64,000 nucleotides of DNA from Sphagnum compactum (Eukaryota): the NCBI GenBank assembly GCA_965153455.1, contig OZ234493.1, forward strand, positions 28,758,213 through 28,822,212, read 5' to 3'. Of the stretch, positions 1-13,404 are shown piece after piece (positions within the stretch are counted from its first letter, which is position 1; the number at the start of each line of letters is the position of its first letter). The notes beneath the pieces are model-generated. The model searched no databases. It saw only the letters and a list, made by a program, of their open reading frames with translations, and was not told where the DNA came from. Position numbers and translations under genes: made by a program.

Positions 1-180
1 TGCCTCATAGGGTCTCTATGTCTATTCCATTGTGCATGCATGCACCCACTTATAGGAACATCTGTTGTGCTTAAGGTCCAGTTTTTGTGAAGCTGTTTTA
101 TCATCAAGTTTGTATAGCCACTCTTGATGTGAACCCTAAACCCTATCATGAGATGTCCTGATTTATATATATCCTAGCAG

Positions 181-3100
181 ACACCCATTGTGGTCATTGA
201 GATTTTGACAGTGCCGGCCAGTATTGATTTGCAGTGCATCCGATCAGAAAACAATGTTCTTGTATATCTTGCAACAGTGGTTATCCGTGCAGCCATCAAG
301 CTTGCAGCGGAACCTGGCACCACAGAAGGTGGCAGTCTTTTGAGGGTGAGATGATTTTTCTGAAGAGAAATGAATCTTTTTTCTATCTCATAATACCTAT
401 GAGATTTGGAGTGGACACTAGGCTGACCAACTGTTGATAGAAACTCTCATGCAACTAGATCTAGCTCACTTTACAGTCAGTGTCCAGAAATTATCATTGT
501 GACTACTATTGCTCTGTCCTTTTGTGAACTGTGGGTTTTGTTCGTGTTTGGTGGCTTATTGGGAAAAAGTTTCTTATCCTCAAGAAAAAAGTTGTGGGTG
601 GGTTGTGGTGGTTGTGCAGCAAGAGTTTGCAAACAGGTTGATGGTGCTAAGTGCTGATAATCTGCAGCAACTAGTGGCTTGTCTTCACACTCATTCACTT
701 GCCCGGAATAATTCTCTACAGGTCCTATTATATCCATTCATCTAAACTCTATATCTGCATTACGCTTTTGGCTTGCACGGTGACTTATATTTTGGTGCCT
801 TGACTAAGATGTACTACTTCTTCTTCTGAACTTACCCTACCTTTTGTGGAACTATTCTTCAGGTTGTGGGTCTTTTGGATACATTAGCATTGGTGCTTAA
901 TTCTCCATCAGTAGACAATGACACAGGACGGATGTGGTTGAAGGTACTCTGAATCTACTGGACCCGGAAATTTTGAACCTGCTGCATGAATAGAGCCTTG
1001 TACTGGACCCATGCATAAAATATTTGTTTTATGGTTTTACCCAGGCTTTTGAGGCATCGATGATGGCAGCAGCAGATATTTTCTGTGCAGTTTCTAGGTC
1101 TCCCAGTGCTGCTATTTTAAAAAGGTACCATCTATTATTCTCTACAAGCAATTTTTCTGATGAGTCCAATAAGAGTGGCTCTATCAGATCTCCCATTCAA
1201 ATCTACAATTTTTTTTTCCTGTCTGACCTTTTCTGTGGTCACAACTCACTTCAATATGAGCTGTGTAATTGCTTGGGAGATATGATGATTGGTCTCATCA
1301 GTGGAAACCACGATCATTAACCGAATATGTGTTATATACAGTAATTCAGAGCTGTTGAAGGCGCTCTTCACAAGGACATCACCACTTATCTCCAGCCATT
1401 TGCAAGTAAGTCTCTACACTGTATTTTTTTCTAGTAGGTACAGGAGAGAAGACAAATGAAACAAATGGCACCCACATGACAGAAGTTATCAGCCAGAGAA
1501 GAAATGAAAGAGAGGGTTTTAGGGCTTGGGGGTTAGGGGCTCAGGTGGGTATGTCCAATCACAGCTATTGGACTGATATAGATTTTGTCCAAGAGGAATA
1601 TGAGCATCACTGTTCTGTCGATAGATCAGAGAGAGTCAATACAGTACTGTCGCTCAAGAATGAAGAACTCCCAATTATGAACTCTCTCTTACTTGCTAAC
1701 AGAGGTTGTTGTGAAATAGGCCACCACTCCTTGTGCCAAAGTAAACATTCTTAAATTTCAGAGCGTTGAAGTTGATGACAATGTGTTAATGGGTAGTTCT
1801 TTTCTTCTGCTGTTATTGACACTGTTTGTGATTGATCAGAGGTTATTGACAGTTGTTTGTGTCTGAGCATTTAGGGTTTAGGGTTCTGAGCATGGTGGCC
1901 TTTTTTTGTGCTTTGCTTGAACTGCAGAAAGTCTGTCTAGGGCGCTGTGTGGTATTACTACACCTAAAGATGTCAATCTTTGCAAAACAGAGCCATGTCC
2001 GCACTTTGAGTGGCAATTTGGTCTACCTCATAATGGAAGGCAATCAGGAGGCACGCAAGCTTCTTGAAGCCCTGGTTCCCAAGGTCTTGAAAGCCCGCCC
2101 ACCCTCCTTCCTTTGTATCAATCCTCTGTGTACCACCACCATTGTGTTATAACAATGGGTTTCATGAGGCCCTAAACCCCAAACCCTAAACCCGGACACT
2201 ATTGCAAGCCCTTTTTTTGTTCTGTTAAAGGCTTCCAATCTGTGAGTGCTAAATTAGTTCATGTACTCCTCCTCTGCCACAGGGTGTGATGCAGTTATAT
2301 GCCAACAAGGCGGTTGAGCTGCAGCAGTCAGGCAAGGTACATATTACATCCTTGTCACTGGTCTCATCCTAAACCCTAAATTTATTTTCCTGAGTTTCTG
2401 AAGTTGATTGAACTCCAGCAAATGCTCTCCAAACACCCAATGCATGTACATATATATACTCTTTGAGCTCTTAGCTTGAAGCATAAGAAGCATGAGTTGT
2501 CTGTGGCTAGAAATGGGTGTTTCTCATGGAAATCCAACAAACTGCAGGAGGAATTATTCAGCAACTTTCGTGCATGGATGGAGACACTGGAAGTTTTACG
2601 TGGTCAGACTCTGGAGACACCAGTCTTAGTGTGGAATGATGTCAAACGCAAGGAGCTGAAAAAGGTATATAATAACATCGGTTTGCTGAGAGTCAGTTTA
2701 GGGTTTAGGGTCTTTTGTGGTAGACGTGCAATGAATGGCTTTTTCTTGAAGAGTGTCAGTGAGGGTCTTGTAGTAAAATAATGTTGTGATCTCTACAGAA
2801 TTTTATGTTTGCAGTTGAAAATTTGGTTTTGTGGGTGTGTTGTGCAGTTTCTGCAGGATGAGGTAGACAGCTTCTATGAAGCAGCAGCGGCCAATCCAGA
2901 GCTAATTTACAACAGTGCGGATGTGAAGCTTGTTTATTCCAGTGCAAGTGAGGGTGAAGGTTAGTGACCATCCTTAAACTTTTGCATTCTCCTCAGCAAT
3001 GGGGGGAGCAGCATGGATTATTGTAATCATTCTGTAAAGCTGTTTACTTCTTCCAAGAGGGTTGTTATCTGCTTAGGGACATGGGGACATATGAGTTGGT

Positions 3101-6100
3101 TGCAAAACAGCAGCTACTGAACAAGTTCTGTCTGTCATGTGCAGGCACAGTTGTGGGTGGTGTCCATCTTGAGCTTCTGGTGGACCACTCTCCACCAGTC
3201 AATCACCACAACCATTCCTTCTGGAAGGTTCATTCAGAGACACAATACCCACAGGACATAGTCAGCAAAAACATAGTAGTAAAATGTCAGAATTGGGCTG
3301 GTGGCTGTAGGGTTTAGGGCAACTACTGTATCAATCATTGTGCCTTTGATGGATGGTCTGTTATATGAACTTGTGAGATGTCAGATTCATTCAATTATAG
3401 TGACATTTTGGTTTGGTGGCCACAGCTGCACGAACCATTGTCTATATTTCAATCTGTATTTCAAGCTATGGTGTTGGGTTTCACCCCACTGTTTGGTCAC
3501 AACAACTTGCCGGAAATCGATCTACGACTGGCAAGCCACGTCTTGGCATGGATCTATGAGCGACATGCGGAGGAAGTTGCCTTTTGCTTAGAAACCTTGA
3601 ATGTTGTTGAGGTACCTTATTGCTTCTCCAATTCTTTTAGGTTTTCTTTTCACTCTTCTTCATATGGGGTTACTTACCTCTTTCAAAACTCCTGAAATGT
3701 CCAGTGTAGCTCCAAAAGAAGCGAAGGTTGTACTCTCAAGATCTTTCTTTACACTTCAATCTCCAGATGTGTTTTTGTTGAGCAATTATCAGCATCATGA
3801 TGACACATTGGACTGCACTGTGTTGCAGACTGCAGCAGGGATGCTCCGAGAAGTGGTGGAGAGTGTACATGAGGTATTTGTTTTCAAGCTGGTGGTGTTC
3901 TTGCTTGCAACAGTGGAAAAAGGAGGGCGTGACAATGTCCTGCGATTTCTCCGCAGTGGAGGAGCCACTATATTGGTACCCTTGGTTGTTTTGTCTTTGG
4001 CCAAGGTAACAACCCATTTATTATCAGAGCTTTATCCTATTTGAAGCCTTGTCTAGAGATTTGTGCTTGCAGGTTGTTTGTAGATTGCAGGATCTCAGGA
4101 TACAAAAAGAAAGCAAAGCCCTTCATCGTCCTTTATGGGCAAAGGAAGCTTTTGCAACCCAAAATTGTAGTAATACAGAAGAAGCCTGATTATTATATAC
4201 TTGTTTGGTCCTGTTGGCAGTGTTGCACAGACAAGCATGAATTTGAGTGTGATGCATCCACAGCCAAAGATATCATGTCTCAGGGTGCCGTTGAGACAGT
4301 GACAATTGTGGGATCAAATGGGGATGTGAGGCTTGTAAGGATTCCTTCAGGAAGAGCTCACGAATTGCTTGAGAGAGCAGAGCAAGATGGCAGCTTGGAT
4401 GCTCGAGAGGCAATCAAATGGCAAGATGAAAAAGTTCACGTGAAGATCCAGCTGGGAATAGCTCTTGACTTCTTGGAGGCTCTTTTAAGGTACCGACTAC
4501 TCCTTGACTTCTTGCCCTTGCCATGGTGGTCCAAAAGCACATACATTTAAAATGAAAAGGATGAGTTCTACTGGTTCCTAAACCAGAAACCCTAAACCCT
4601 AGCCTCAGGAGGGCTCACTTTCGAATTTCCTTGGTTGTCCAGGATATCAGGACACAACAGCAATGTGGAGCACTTTCCCCCATCAGCTGCATGTTGCAAC
4701 TTTTCCAAGGAGGAAATTTTCTGCCACTTAGTGCAAGCTCTCCTGCGTGCAAAGACACCTATCTTCAACAGGTTTTGCTTCTTTCTTGTCTCCACAGAGA
4801 AATTTTACATTTGAAGACTGCACTGTTGAACAAGCATCACATTTGCAACTGATGGATAAACCACCCACTTTGAGATTTTTGTTTGTGTTGAATATGATTC
4901 ACCATCCTGAATTGTTTGGATCAGAGCAGTTTTTTTAATATCTGGCAGTCTGCTGAGCATTTGGGTTGTCACAGGATACTTGAAATTGTAATAACTTTAG
5001 TGAAGGCAAACAAGACTGCAATGTCACACCTGTACAAACTCGGAGCTTTTGAGATCCTTCTCTGGAAGCTCCTTGCTGGTGATATTGTTGACTGGGACAA
5101 GTCCAGGATTGCTGAATTCCTGTCACAGTCTCATCTTCTTCAGGTAATTTCTATTTTGTTCTTAAAAATCTGTTTCAACCAGTGCTTTCTTTCAGGAAGG
5201 AAGGAAGGACATTCCTGCAGAGGGGAGAAAAAAACAGAAAGATCTGATGACAATGGTAAATTTGCAGGAGTTGACAACTACTGATAATGGAAGTGGCCAG
5301 AGTGAACATGGCACTTGGCGGGACAGTATTCTTCATCTCTACTTGCCCGAGGGATTGATACTGAATCTCATGTCAGAGGTGTTTCATACTGATCCAGTGT
5401 AGTAGTTCATGTTGAGAATCTTGTTTAGTTTCTGTTCGGATTTAGGGTTAATGGTTAAGGGTTTAGTGGATGATGTGAGATCTGGAGTGTCTTAGTTCTA
5501 TGTTCAAGTCCTTGTGTTGTTGCTGATTTAGCTTTAAATCCCAAGTTCTACTTCTAGTTCCTTCGAATACATGCACATAATCAAATTTGATAATAATCTT
5601 TCTACTAGTTTGATTGGAGTTGCTCTCTGTCAGTTTCAGAGGGGCAATGACCTTAATTGGCTGAGATTTCTGGATTTAATGGGCAGGGACCCGATTCGTT
5701 CATGGCACTTCTGGATTCGGAGCAAAATGCCCCAGAGGTGATCTGGAACTTGGAAATGAGGAAGCGGTTGCTTGATCATCTCACAACTGAGCTAGAATCT
5801 TACGTCAAGTTCCGTGCCACCGATCCCCTGGCATTGTACATTCACATTCCCAGGACTCCATTGGCCTATCCAGAGCTGGCAGGTAAGCTCAGCTGCACCA
5901 CATCCAGGAAAAACATTCTGAAGTAAGAACCAAAGTTTGTTTCTTTGATGTATTGGGTCTGAGGTTCAAGGTGTTTTATGTAGCACTGACTGTCTTGTTT
6001 GTGATATTGTATCAAAATCTACAAGTGGGATTTTTTGTTTGACATGGTTGGAAATCAATGGTATGCAGAGTCTGTGTTCTCTTCCCCTTTCTATCTACAG

Positions 6101-9100
6101 AACTTGCTTGACTTTGAGCGTTTTCCAAATTATCCAATCAATGATCCACTTGGGTTCTTGAACAGCCTCATGCTGGTAAGTCTAAACCTTTCTTTTTCAA
6201 TTCACTAAAGTCATAGATCCTTAGAAGATCCTGGAACTGAAAGTTTAGCAACAGCTTGAATAGTCTGCAGATGTAGAACATTTGGTTTTTGAAGTTTGTC
6301 CCAATGCATGCATGGTTAGATGGAGGGCATTCCCTTTGAGAAAAAAACATTATTGACTGCAGGACCTTCGGAGATTGGCAACAATTCTTGGCAACTCTAT
6401 GAGTGGTAACTCCTTATGGCGCAAGGAGTTACCGCACATTCACCTTCTTCTTCAAGCTCAGGTAGGTTGGGCATAAACCCTAACACCAAAACCCAGACTT
6501 GGGCCACCTGCATTGATACTTTTATCTCAGATTATTTATTCACAAATCTTTTCAGAGCAATTCTAACTTGGTTTGTTTGGAAAACCCCATCTACTTGCAA
6601 GGAGAAAGTTTACATGTGTCCTGCCACATGAGCTATGGTGACTCAGTACATATGTTGGTGGTTTGATGATGATGATGTTGCAGTCATATTTGGTCGATCA
6701 TTTCCCAGACCTTGCCCTGCCCAGTGACATAGAATCCGTACTCATTACATTGGCTACCCCTTCACTTCAAACCTGCCTTGCTCAAAAGGATGAATTGCCC
6801 CTTGTAGCAACAGACATCCTGCACCACACTGTTCGAGTTTTGCGGAGATACTGTGCTGCAAGCACCAGGTAAGAAGCTAATGATCAAGTCAGTTGGGAGT
6901 CATCATGGACAGTTTCATCATCACTGCTGCTATTCATATGGGTGAAGGTGATGATCAACTGACGCTGTGTGAGTGACACTCATAATAAGGTTATTGCTGC
7001 ACTTTGTTCTTATGGGATCATATTCTTTCTTTCTTATGCTTCAGGGATGATGATGTATCAAGGGCATCTGTCAATTTCGGTCTCAGTGTGTTGTCACTTG
7101 GGACAAAGTTTATAGCAGATGAAACCTCCCCAGAGGCAAGCATTATCATGGGTCTTGAATCAGCTGTTGCTGGGTCTCTGTTTGTGATGGAAATTGCATC
7201 TTCATCCAGGTTAGACCTTTCTGCTTTAAACTAAACCCCTCAGGAAAGTGATAGCTAATCTGTCCTGCCTTGTCAATTTGGAAGGAACTCAACTGATAAT
7301 AATGCATGGATTCTTAGTCACCGGATAGATATTTGCCAGACTGCTCTGAGTCCATAACAGGTTTTGTTCTCATTTGGGCTGATTGCTTTTGAATTTGTTT
7401 TGCATTATGGTTGGTACCCCAGAGCTGGTAGGCAGCTTCTGTGGGATGATAGCAGATGGAAAGAAGGCTTTTGGTGGGCTCTCTGTATTGCAGCCAGTGA
7501 TGCATTGGCCACTCCTCAAAGGGGTCCAAGCCCCTCATCCTTTGCAGTATTGAGTTGTTTGAAGCACTTTGCCGAAGATCCAGACTACTGCACACATATT
7601 ATCAACCAGGTCACATTTCTGCTTTCTATTGTGGTCCATTAAATCCCAAGTTCGTTGACCTGTTTCTCTACATTGCTTCCTTTTGTGTGTGCTTGAGCAA
7701 ACCTTTTCTCAAAAGAAGAAGTCTGGCCATCAGTACACTGATTGACTGAGAAGGTGTTGGGATATGTTGCAGGCTCTATACTTGCCATTATTGTTACTTG
7801 CAATCCCACCTGCAAATGCTGCATTGGTGGCCCAAGGCACTAGATCTGCTCTTCTTTACTCAGCAGCAGATACATTAGGATCTCTCATCCGTATGCTGCA
7901 GCAGTCAGGGAGACAACACCCGCAAATGGAGTCCACAGTGATGACACACTTGATCCCTAGGCCACTGCTTGCTTGCCTTGAGCAAACTGAGGGGCCAGAC
8001 AAGTTTATGACCATGGCTAGTTCTGATCTCCGACAGCCATTGGCCATTTGGAACTTGGATGTTCGGGCAGAGCTCCATATGCGGGTCACTGAACGGTTGG
8101 AGCTGCACCAAGCTGTTCTGGCTTCTGGGAGTGGTGTGATGGATGATAATGAACTGGAATGGTTGCAGGGCTTCCAGTATGATTGTCTCAAGGATGAAAT
8201 CATCTTGGGTGGTTTGTTTGTGAATGGGTTCACCTCCGAGAGGTGGGAGGCCTTTGGTCTACCAACCGGTCATGTCTTTCTGGATGCTATGTTGGATTAT
8301 CTGGAGATCAATCTTCATGTCCTCGATCCACTTGTGCACATGGGAGTTGAGGCAGCAGCAGATGACACCACTGACCCAAGCGAGGAGGAAGTTGATAATC
8401 AAACCAGAGTCAATGAGTACTTGACCGTTCTCACTGCAGTGCGTGAGTGCCTGAGATATGCAGCAAAGTCTGGCAGGCTTGATTTGATTGGATGTGTCCA
8501 GCCCCTGGTGCTGTCGAAAATTTCTTTGGCCGGCAAAAGCATGCCAAAAGTACTGATTGAGATTGCTACCATTACGAAAGTATTGATTGCAGATGACTCA
8601 GCACGAGAATCTGTGCTACAATCTGATCTTATCAGTACACTGGCGGGTCAGCTTTGGGAATGTGTGACCAGACTGGAAGAGGAAGGAGTGGAAGATATTC
8701 TTGTCGCCACCCTCAATGTGTTGCACATGCTGAGTGAGCAGATCCCCGCAACAGTTGAAGCCACTAATGTCTTTGCAGGCACTGGGCTGCTATTGCCCTT
8801 GTTGGCCATCTTTTGCAACATGGGTCTACCAGATCTTACAACTGGGGTGGCTGCAGCAGAGACAAGACCTAGTAATTTGCAACGTTTCTCTGCAACTACT
8901 ACAGGACGAGTATTAGCTGCTAAAACTCTTGGGCAGCTCTTGTTAGCAGGTAGTGGGGTCACTTGTCGAACAAAGCTCATTGAGGATCTGGCCCTCCTGA
9001 AGAGGTTGGCAAATGGGCCTGCCAACGGCCATACGAATTATGATGAAGGGATAGGGGAGGCTACAGATATGTATGAGCTGATAAGTATACTTGACCCTGT

Positions 9101-11482
9101 CAATATGGACAAGAATCAGGCAGCTGTCGTCATCCGTACGCTTCTTCTCCTGCTACCTGTAGACCTTTTATCCACTTTGGCACGAGACCCAATAGAGGCT
9201 TGCAAAATGCATGACGGGAATTATCAATCCCCTCGCCTTGTGTGGGATGATGGCAGACGGCAATGTGTAAGGCAAATACTTATGGATGAGGCTTTCAAAG
9301 TGCGAGATACTGTAATGCAACAGGATTTGTCAAGTCTGCCAGCGTGGTCATTGGTACAATCACCACAACCCATGTTTCTGCGTTGGATACTTGTCACCAT
9401 TTCTGATGATGAGAGCCAAGCAATGTACAGGGATGACAGAGAAGATGGTTATGCACGAGAGATGTACCTAGGGGGTTTCTTTGTTGATCAATTCATAAGA
9501 GACCCAGGTTATGATTTTGGCAGCATTCTCGAGGGGCGTTTCCTTTGTGAGATTCGCAAGGCTGTGGCAATTGGGGCTTATGCGGAAGTATTTGATTTTG
9601 ATGATAGGAGACGACTGTTACTCGCTCTACTCTTGCTCTTCAAAGCGAGGCCATACTTGCTTTCTGGCCAGTCAAATATCGACATTTTCTTACCTGTCTA
9701 TGATTTCATCAGTGGCAATTATGCTAGTGAGCGTCGTGCTCTTGCTCAGCCAGCAATTCTATTGATTCATTCCATTGCCAACCATCCAGACATAGCCGAT
9801 TGTATAGTCTCTGAGGAGTTGGTGTCAACTTTGGTATCCTTCCTTGATTTGAATGTCCCATTGTATGCCGCAGGGCATGCTGGGACTGACCCACAGATAT
9901 GCAGCCTTATGTTGTTGCTGCGCCTGATTCGACTCAGTAGTGCAACTGTAGAGATTGCTCTGAAGCTAGGGGTTGTCTACCGCTTAGCAGGTATTGCCCT
10001 TGACACCAATGGAACTAGTGCAGTAGCTCATCGTGCGCTCGAGTGCCTTGCAATGATGTGTGCAGACAAGCGTCGAGGACATGAGGTGAACAGGCTCTTA
10101 GAGAAACTTGCACCTAAGGATACAACCAAAAACTATGGGAAATGGCATATTCCCATTGACAACATCTGCGATGATGTTGTGGACTCTGAGACTATCAAGC
10201 ATTTGTTGCATCATAGATACCCATGCGAGTGGTGGGTCCTCAACACTCCTGAAGGAAGAAGCGATGTTGAAGTTAGTGGTCAGCTCAGACACATGACAAC
10301 AGTTGTGGTGGATGCCTCAGTTTCATTTCCCAATGGACAAATGTCTGATTTTAACGATGAGTTTGAAGGGGCTTTCAGACAAAGCGTTGCAGACAGAGCT
10401 GAGGTCAGTATTGGCGATGTACACATTCAGAGCAAAAGGGCTGGAAGCCTTATCATTGACTTTGAGGTGCACTTTCAGCAGCGGCCACGACAACAACAGT
10501 CTAACAAGACCATCATCATCCAGCATCAAGACTTGGAGGCAGATGCTCATGCATTCAAAGAGAATCTAGAAGATGGTAGCAATCAGCTCTTTGGTGCTCC
10601 ATATTTTGAGTCAATGGGGCACCCGACTTTCACAGTGATCAATCTAAGACATTTGTCTGAAACAGAACTCCTTACTGAAGGTCAGGCTGCACCACCTGCC
10701 ATTCAGGAGAGCTTAGAAGCCAACATCCAACAAACACAGATACCTCAGCACAGGCTGCAAACCTCAGATATGGACGCAGGAGGAGGTCTGGATAACTCAG
10801 CTGCACAGCAACAGTTGTTACAAAACATGGCCAATGAAAAGCGTGGCGCATCAAGTGCTATCCAATTCAGCAAGAGTGAGGAATGTCATTCAGAGCTGCA
10901 CATTGGAGAAGTACATAAATCCACCACCCCAGCATGCAGTAGTAGTAGTAGTACATCATCATCATCATCATCTCTGAACCAAGCTCCATTGTCAGAGACT
11001 GGTATTCCCAATGCTCAGGTGGATCCCCACATCATTACCCAAGGTCCTCATTTTATCGTCTTCTCTCTCTCCATCTTCGCCCTCTCCTGCCCATACAATG
11101 CCAAGGGCTTGTCTCAGTCACAGTGGTGCCTAAAAAGAATCATGCTGGGTTTCATTAGAATTGTATTGATTGTCTATCCGTGTGAACTCCTTTGTAATTT
11201 ATATGTGGCTTGGCTTCTTCTGTTGTTGGTATGAAGAAATTCTGCTCATCAGAGTTCTGAACTTGCTGCTGGTGCTGTTTGTGTTGCAGATGTAAACTCT
11301 CTTGACAAATCCACAAGCAATGATTTTATGAAGTCTCAGGATAATGAAAGGTAATTGGTTTGTTTCCACTCTATTATGGTTAGGGGTAGGGCTATCAGGG
11401 TTATTATACAGTTGCACTTTATTAGGTCAACAAACTGCTTTATCATGTGTCTTTTGTTTTACACAGTGAAGCAATGAGTTAA
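181..11482 (+). CDS. RME-8/DNAJC13/GRV2-like ARM/IWN-repeat protein; divergent paralog without J-domain and with a C-terminal SEA-like domain (5' end lies upstream of the window)
   Basis: Phase-consistent GT-AG exons: 181-345, 620-721, 863-943, 1045-1124, 1342-1405, 1928-2083, 2283-2336, 2548-2664, 2848-2959, 3145-3227, 3426-3611, 3829-4005, 4221-4489, 4643-4771, 4975-5143, 5268-5378, 5687-5882, 6069-6175, 6363-6461, 6684-6868, 7045-7209, 7423-7609, 7773-11043, 11290-11350, 11467-11482 (last two less certain). Four IWN-type repeats: LVWNDVKRKEL, VIWNLEMRKRL, AIWNLDVRAEL, LVWDDGRRQCV. The block SILHLYLPEG..GPDSFMALLDSEQNAPEVIW..YPELAESVF..YLQNLLDFERFPNYPINDP closely resembles RME-8. Confidence 0.88.
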
Positions 11483-13404
11483 CCCATTGGATTTTGTTGC
11501 TTCATAAGAGGGGTCCATCATGTCAAAACACCAAGAAAGCTGATACCGTACTTTCTTGTGCTGCTAGTGACTACAGAATGAATGCGTTGGGAAAGGCACT
11601 GCCATTGGTCCTTGATGGGGCAGAGATGAATCAAACCAGGAAAAACTCTGTCATCACTGGTTTTCTTGAAGCATTTGATGGTATGTCATGTTCCACCTGG
11701 ACATGAATGTGATCCCAATGAAAGGACCTCGCATCATCATTCCCAGCTACACCTGGGCACACCCCTTGTTTTTTTTGGTCTGTTGTTTTGGAACCTCTGT
11801 ATTGGTGAATACCATCTGTGTAAAGAATCTGATAAGTTTTTATTATTTGAATCTATTGCAGATCAAGGGGAGTTGGTTGGATGGTGCGGAGGCCAAGGAT
11901 GTAAAGGAAAAGTCCAAGTAATCCAAGTCTAAACCCTAAACCCTAAACCTGGACATGTCTGAGCTGGGGAAAAGGTACTAAATACAGAAGTGATTGTGAA
12001 AAGGTTGTTTCCACATGATTTTGAAAATACGCATCTCCCCCCCCCCCCCCTCAACTGCCCCCAACTCAAATTGTGACACATCATCATTTGGTATGTGGTC
12101 AGCCTGGGTATGGTCCAGTAGATGTTTGGTTATTTGTACCAGTTATTGAAGCTACCACAACAGAGTGATATGATGTTTAGTGACACAGAACGCCCAAGGC
12201 AAATAGGTCTATGACTTGCAGAAGAGAATTGGCAAGAGAATCAGCACTCTAGATGGTTGTGTTGTCAAAGAGCAGGACAAAATCAACAAAGAAGAAAAGA
12301 TGGGAGCATGGGTCATAACCAATTAATGCAAAAGGTGCTCCAATTTCTAGCCAATTAGTAAAAGATTCTTTACACCTGATATCTGCATTAATCAGAATAG
12401 CTTCCCTCCGACTGTGATGACAACAGTCTGTTCTTGTTCAATATTGTAGATGAGGAAAACCATGGTGGGCACTAGTTCAAAATATTGTAGTTCATGAGGG
12501 AAAGCACAGGTGGGTGGTAGTAGTAGTAGTAGGTTTGAGAGTGACACCCACATTTTAGACTTTGGGTATGTGTAAACCCTAAACCTCGGTCCCCTGTCTG
12601 CACTGATTCTTGCTGTGCTTGTTTTTTCTTTCCTCTACTACTACTGCCTTTTACTGTTGTTCTGTGAGATAAAGTTGAGGACTAGTAAGATTTGAGACAC
12701 TTCATTGCTGCGAGGGGAATTCTTTTGTTTCCTTCCCTATTTTTCTTTGGGGCAGGAAAGAGCTCTTTAGGATTCAGAAGAAATCTAGTAATTGGGTCGT
12801 TTCCAAAATGTCCTTAAAACATTTGGAATCTGCTGGTTGCAACAGTGTCTGTTTTTCAGGGAAGATCAGATACCGTATATCAACTTCAAATCATTTATAA
12901 TTTTGTGGGCAACTTGTGCTGCTTCTTGCTGTGAGGCTTGCAGTAACGGTTTTACAAGTCTCACACTGGTTCAAATTTTCCTCCATCTTTGAAAATTGGA
13001 ACTCCTAGTAAAGGTTTTTTCATCTCGATTAGTGGATGTGGTTTTTGAAATTCATTTGGAACTTGTTCATTCATGATAACACTTTAACAAGGAAACATGT
13101 TAATCACAAGATAGATGTATATTCATAAAATTGGTAAGAAGGTTCAAATGAAAAGCCAGATTGAAAACTTGATTTTCCTTGAAGTTCAAACTCAATTAGT
13201 GCTTGAGATAATCCTAACAAGGTGTGCTTTACACAATGGCCTTGCCATTAACTTAATATCAACAATTGAAATTGTATGACAGATTGGTCATAACTTGGGG
13301 GGAAAATTTTAAATAAATCTATTTTAATGTACATCATCATGTTGTTGTAAAAGAAAATTGTCATGATTTTTTTTTTTCATTTTTTAACATCACATTAGTC
13401 ATGA

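Noticed and set aside
9775-9795. HPD tripeptide (ANHPDIA) in the large exon as a relocated J-domain
   Set aside because: It lies in ARM-like helical context with none of the surrounding J-domain helices.
11044-11234. Hydrophobic TM-like C-terminus of the 1156-aa ORF
   Set aside because: Most likely intron read-through: a phase-compatible donor at 11043/11044 joins exons 11290-11350 and 11467-11482.
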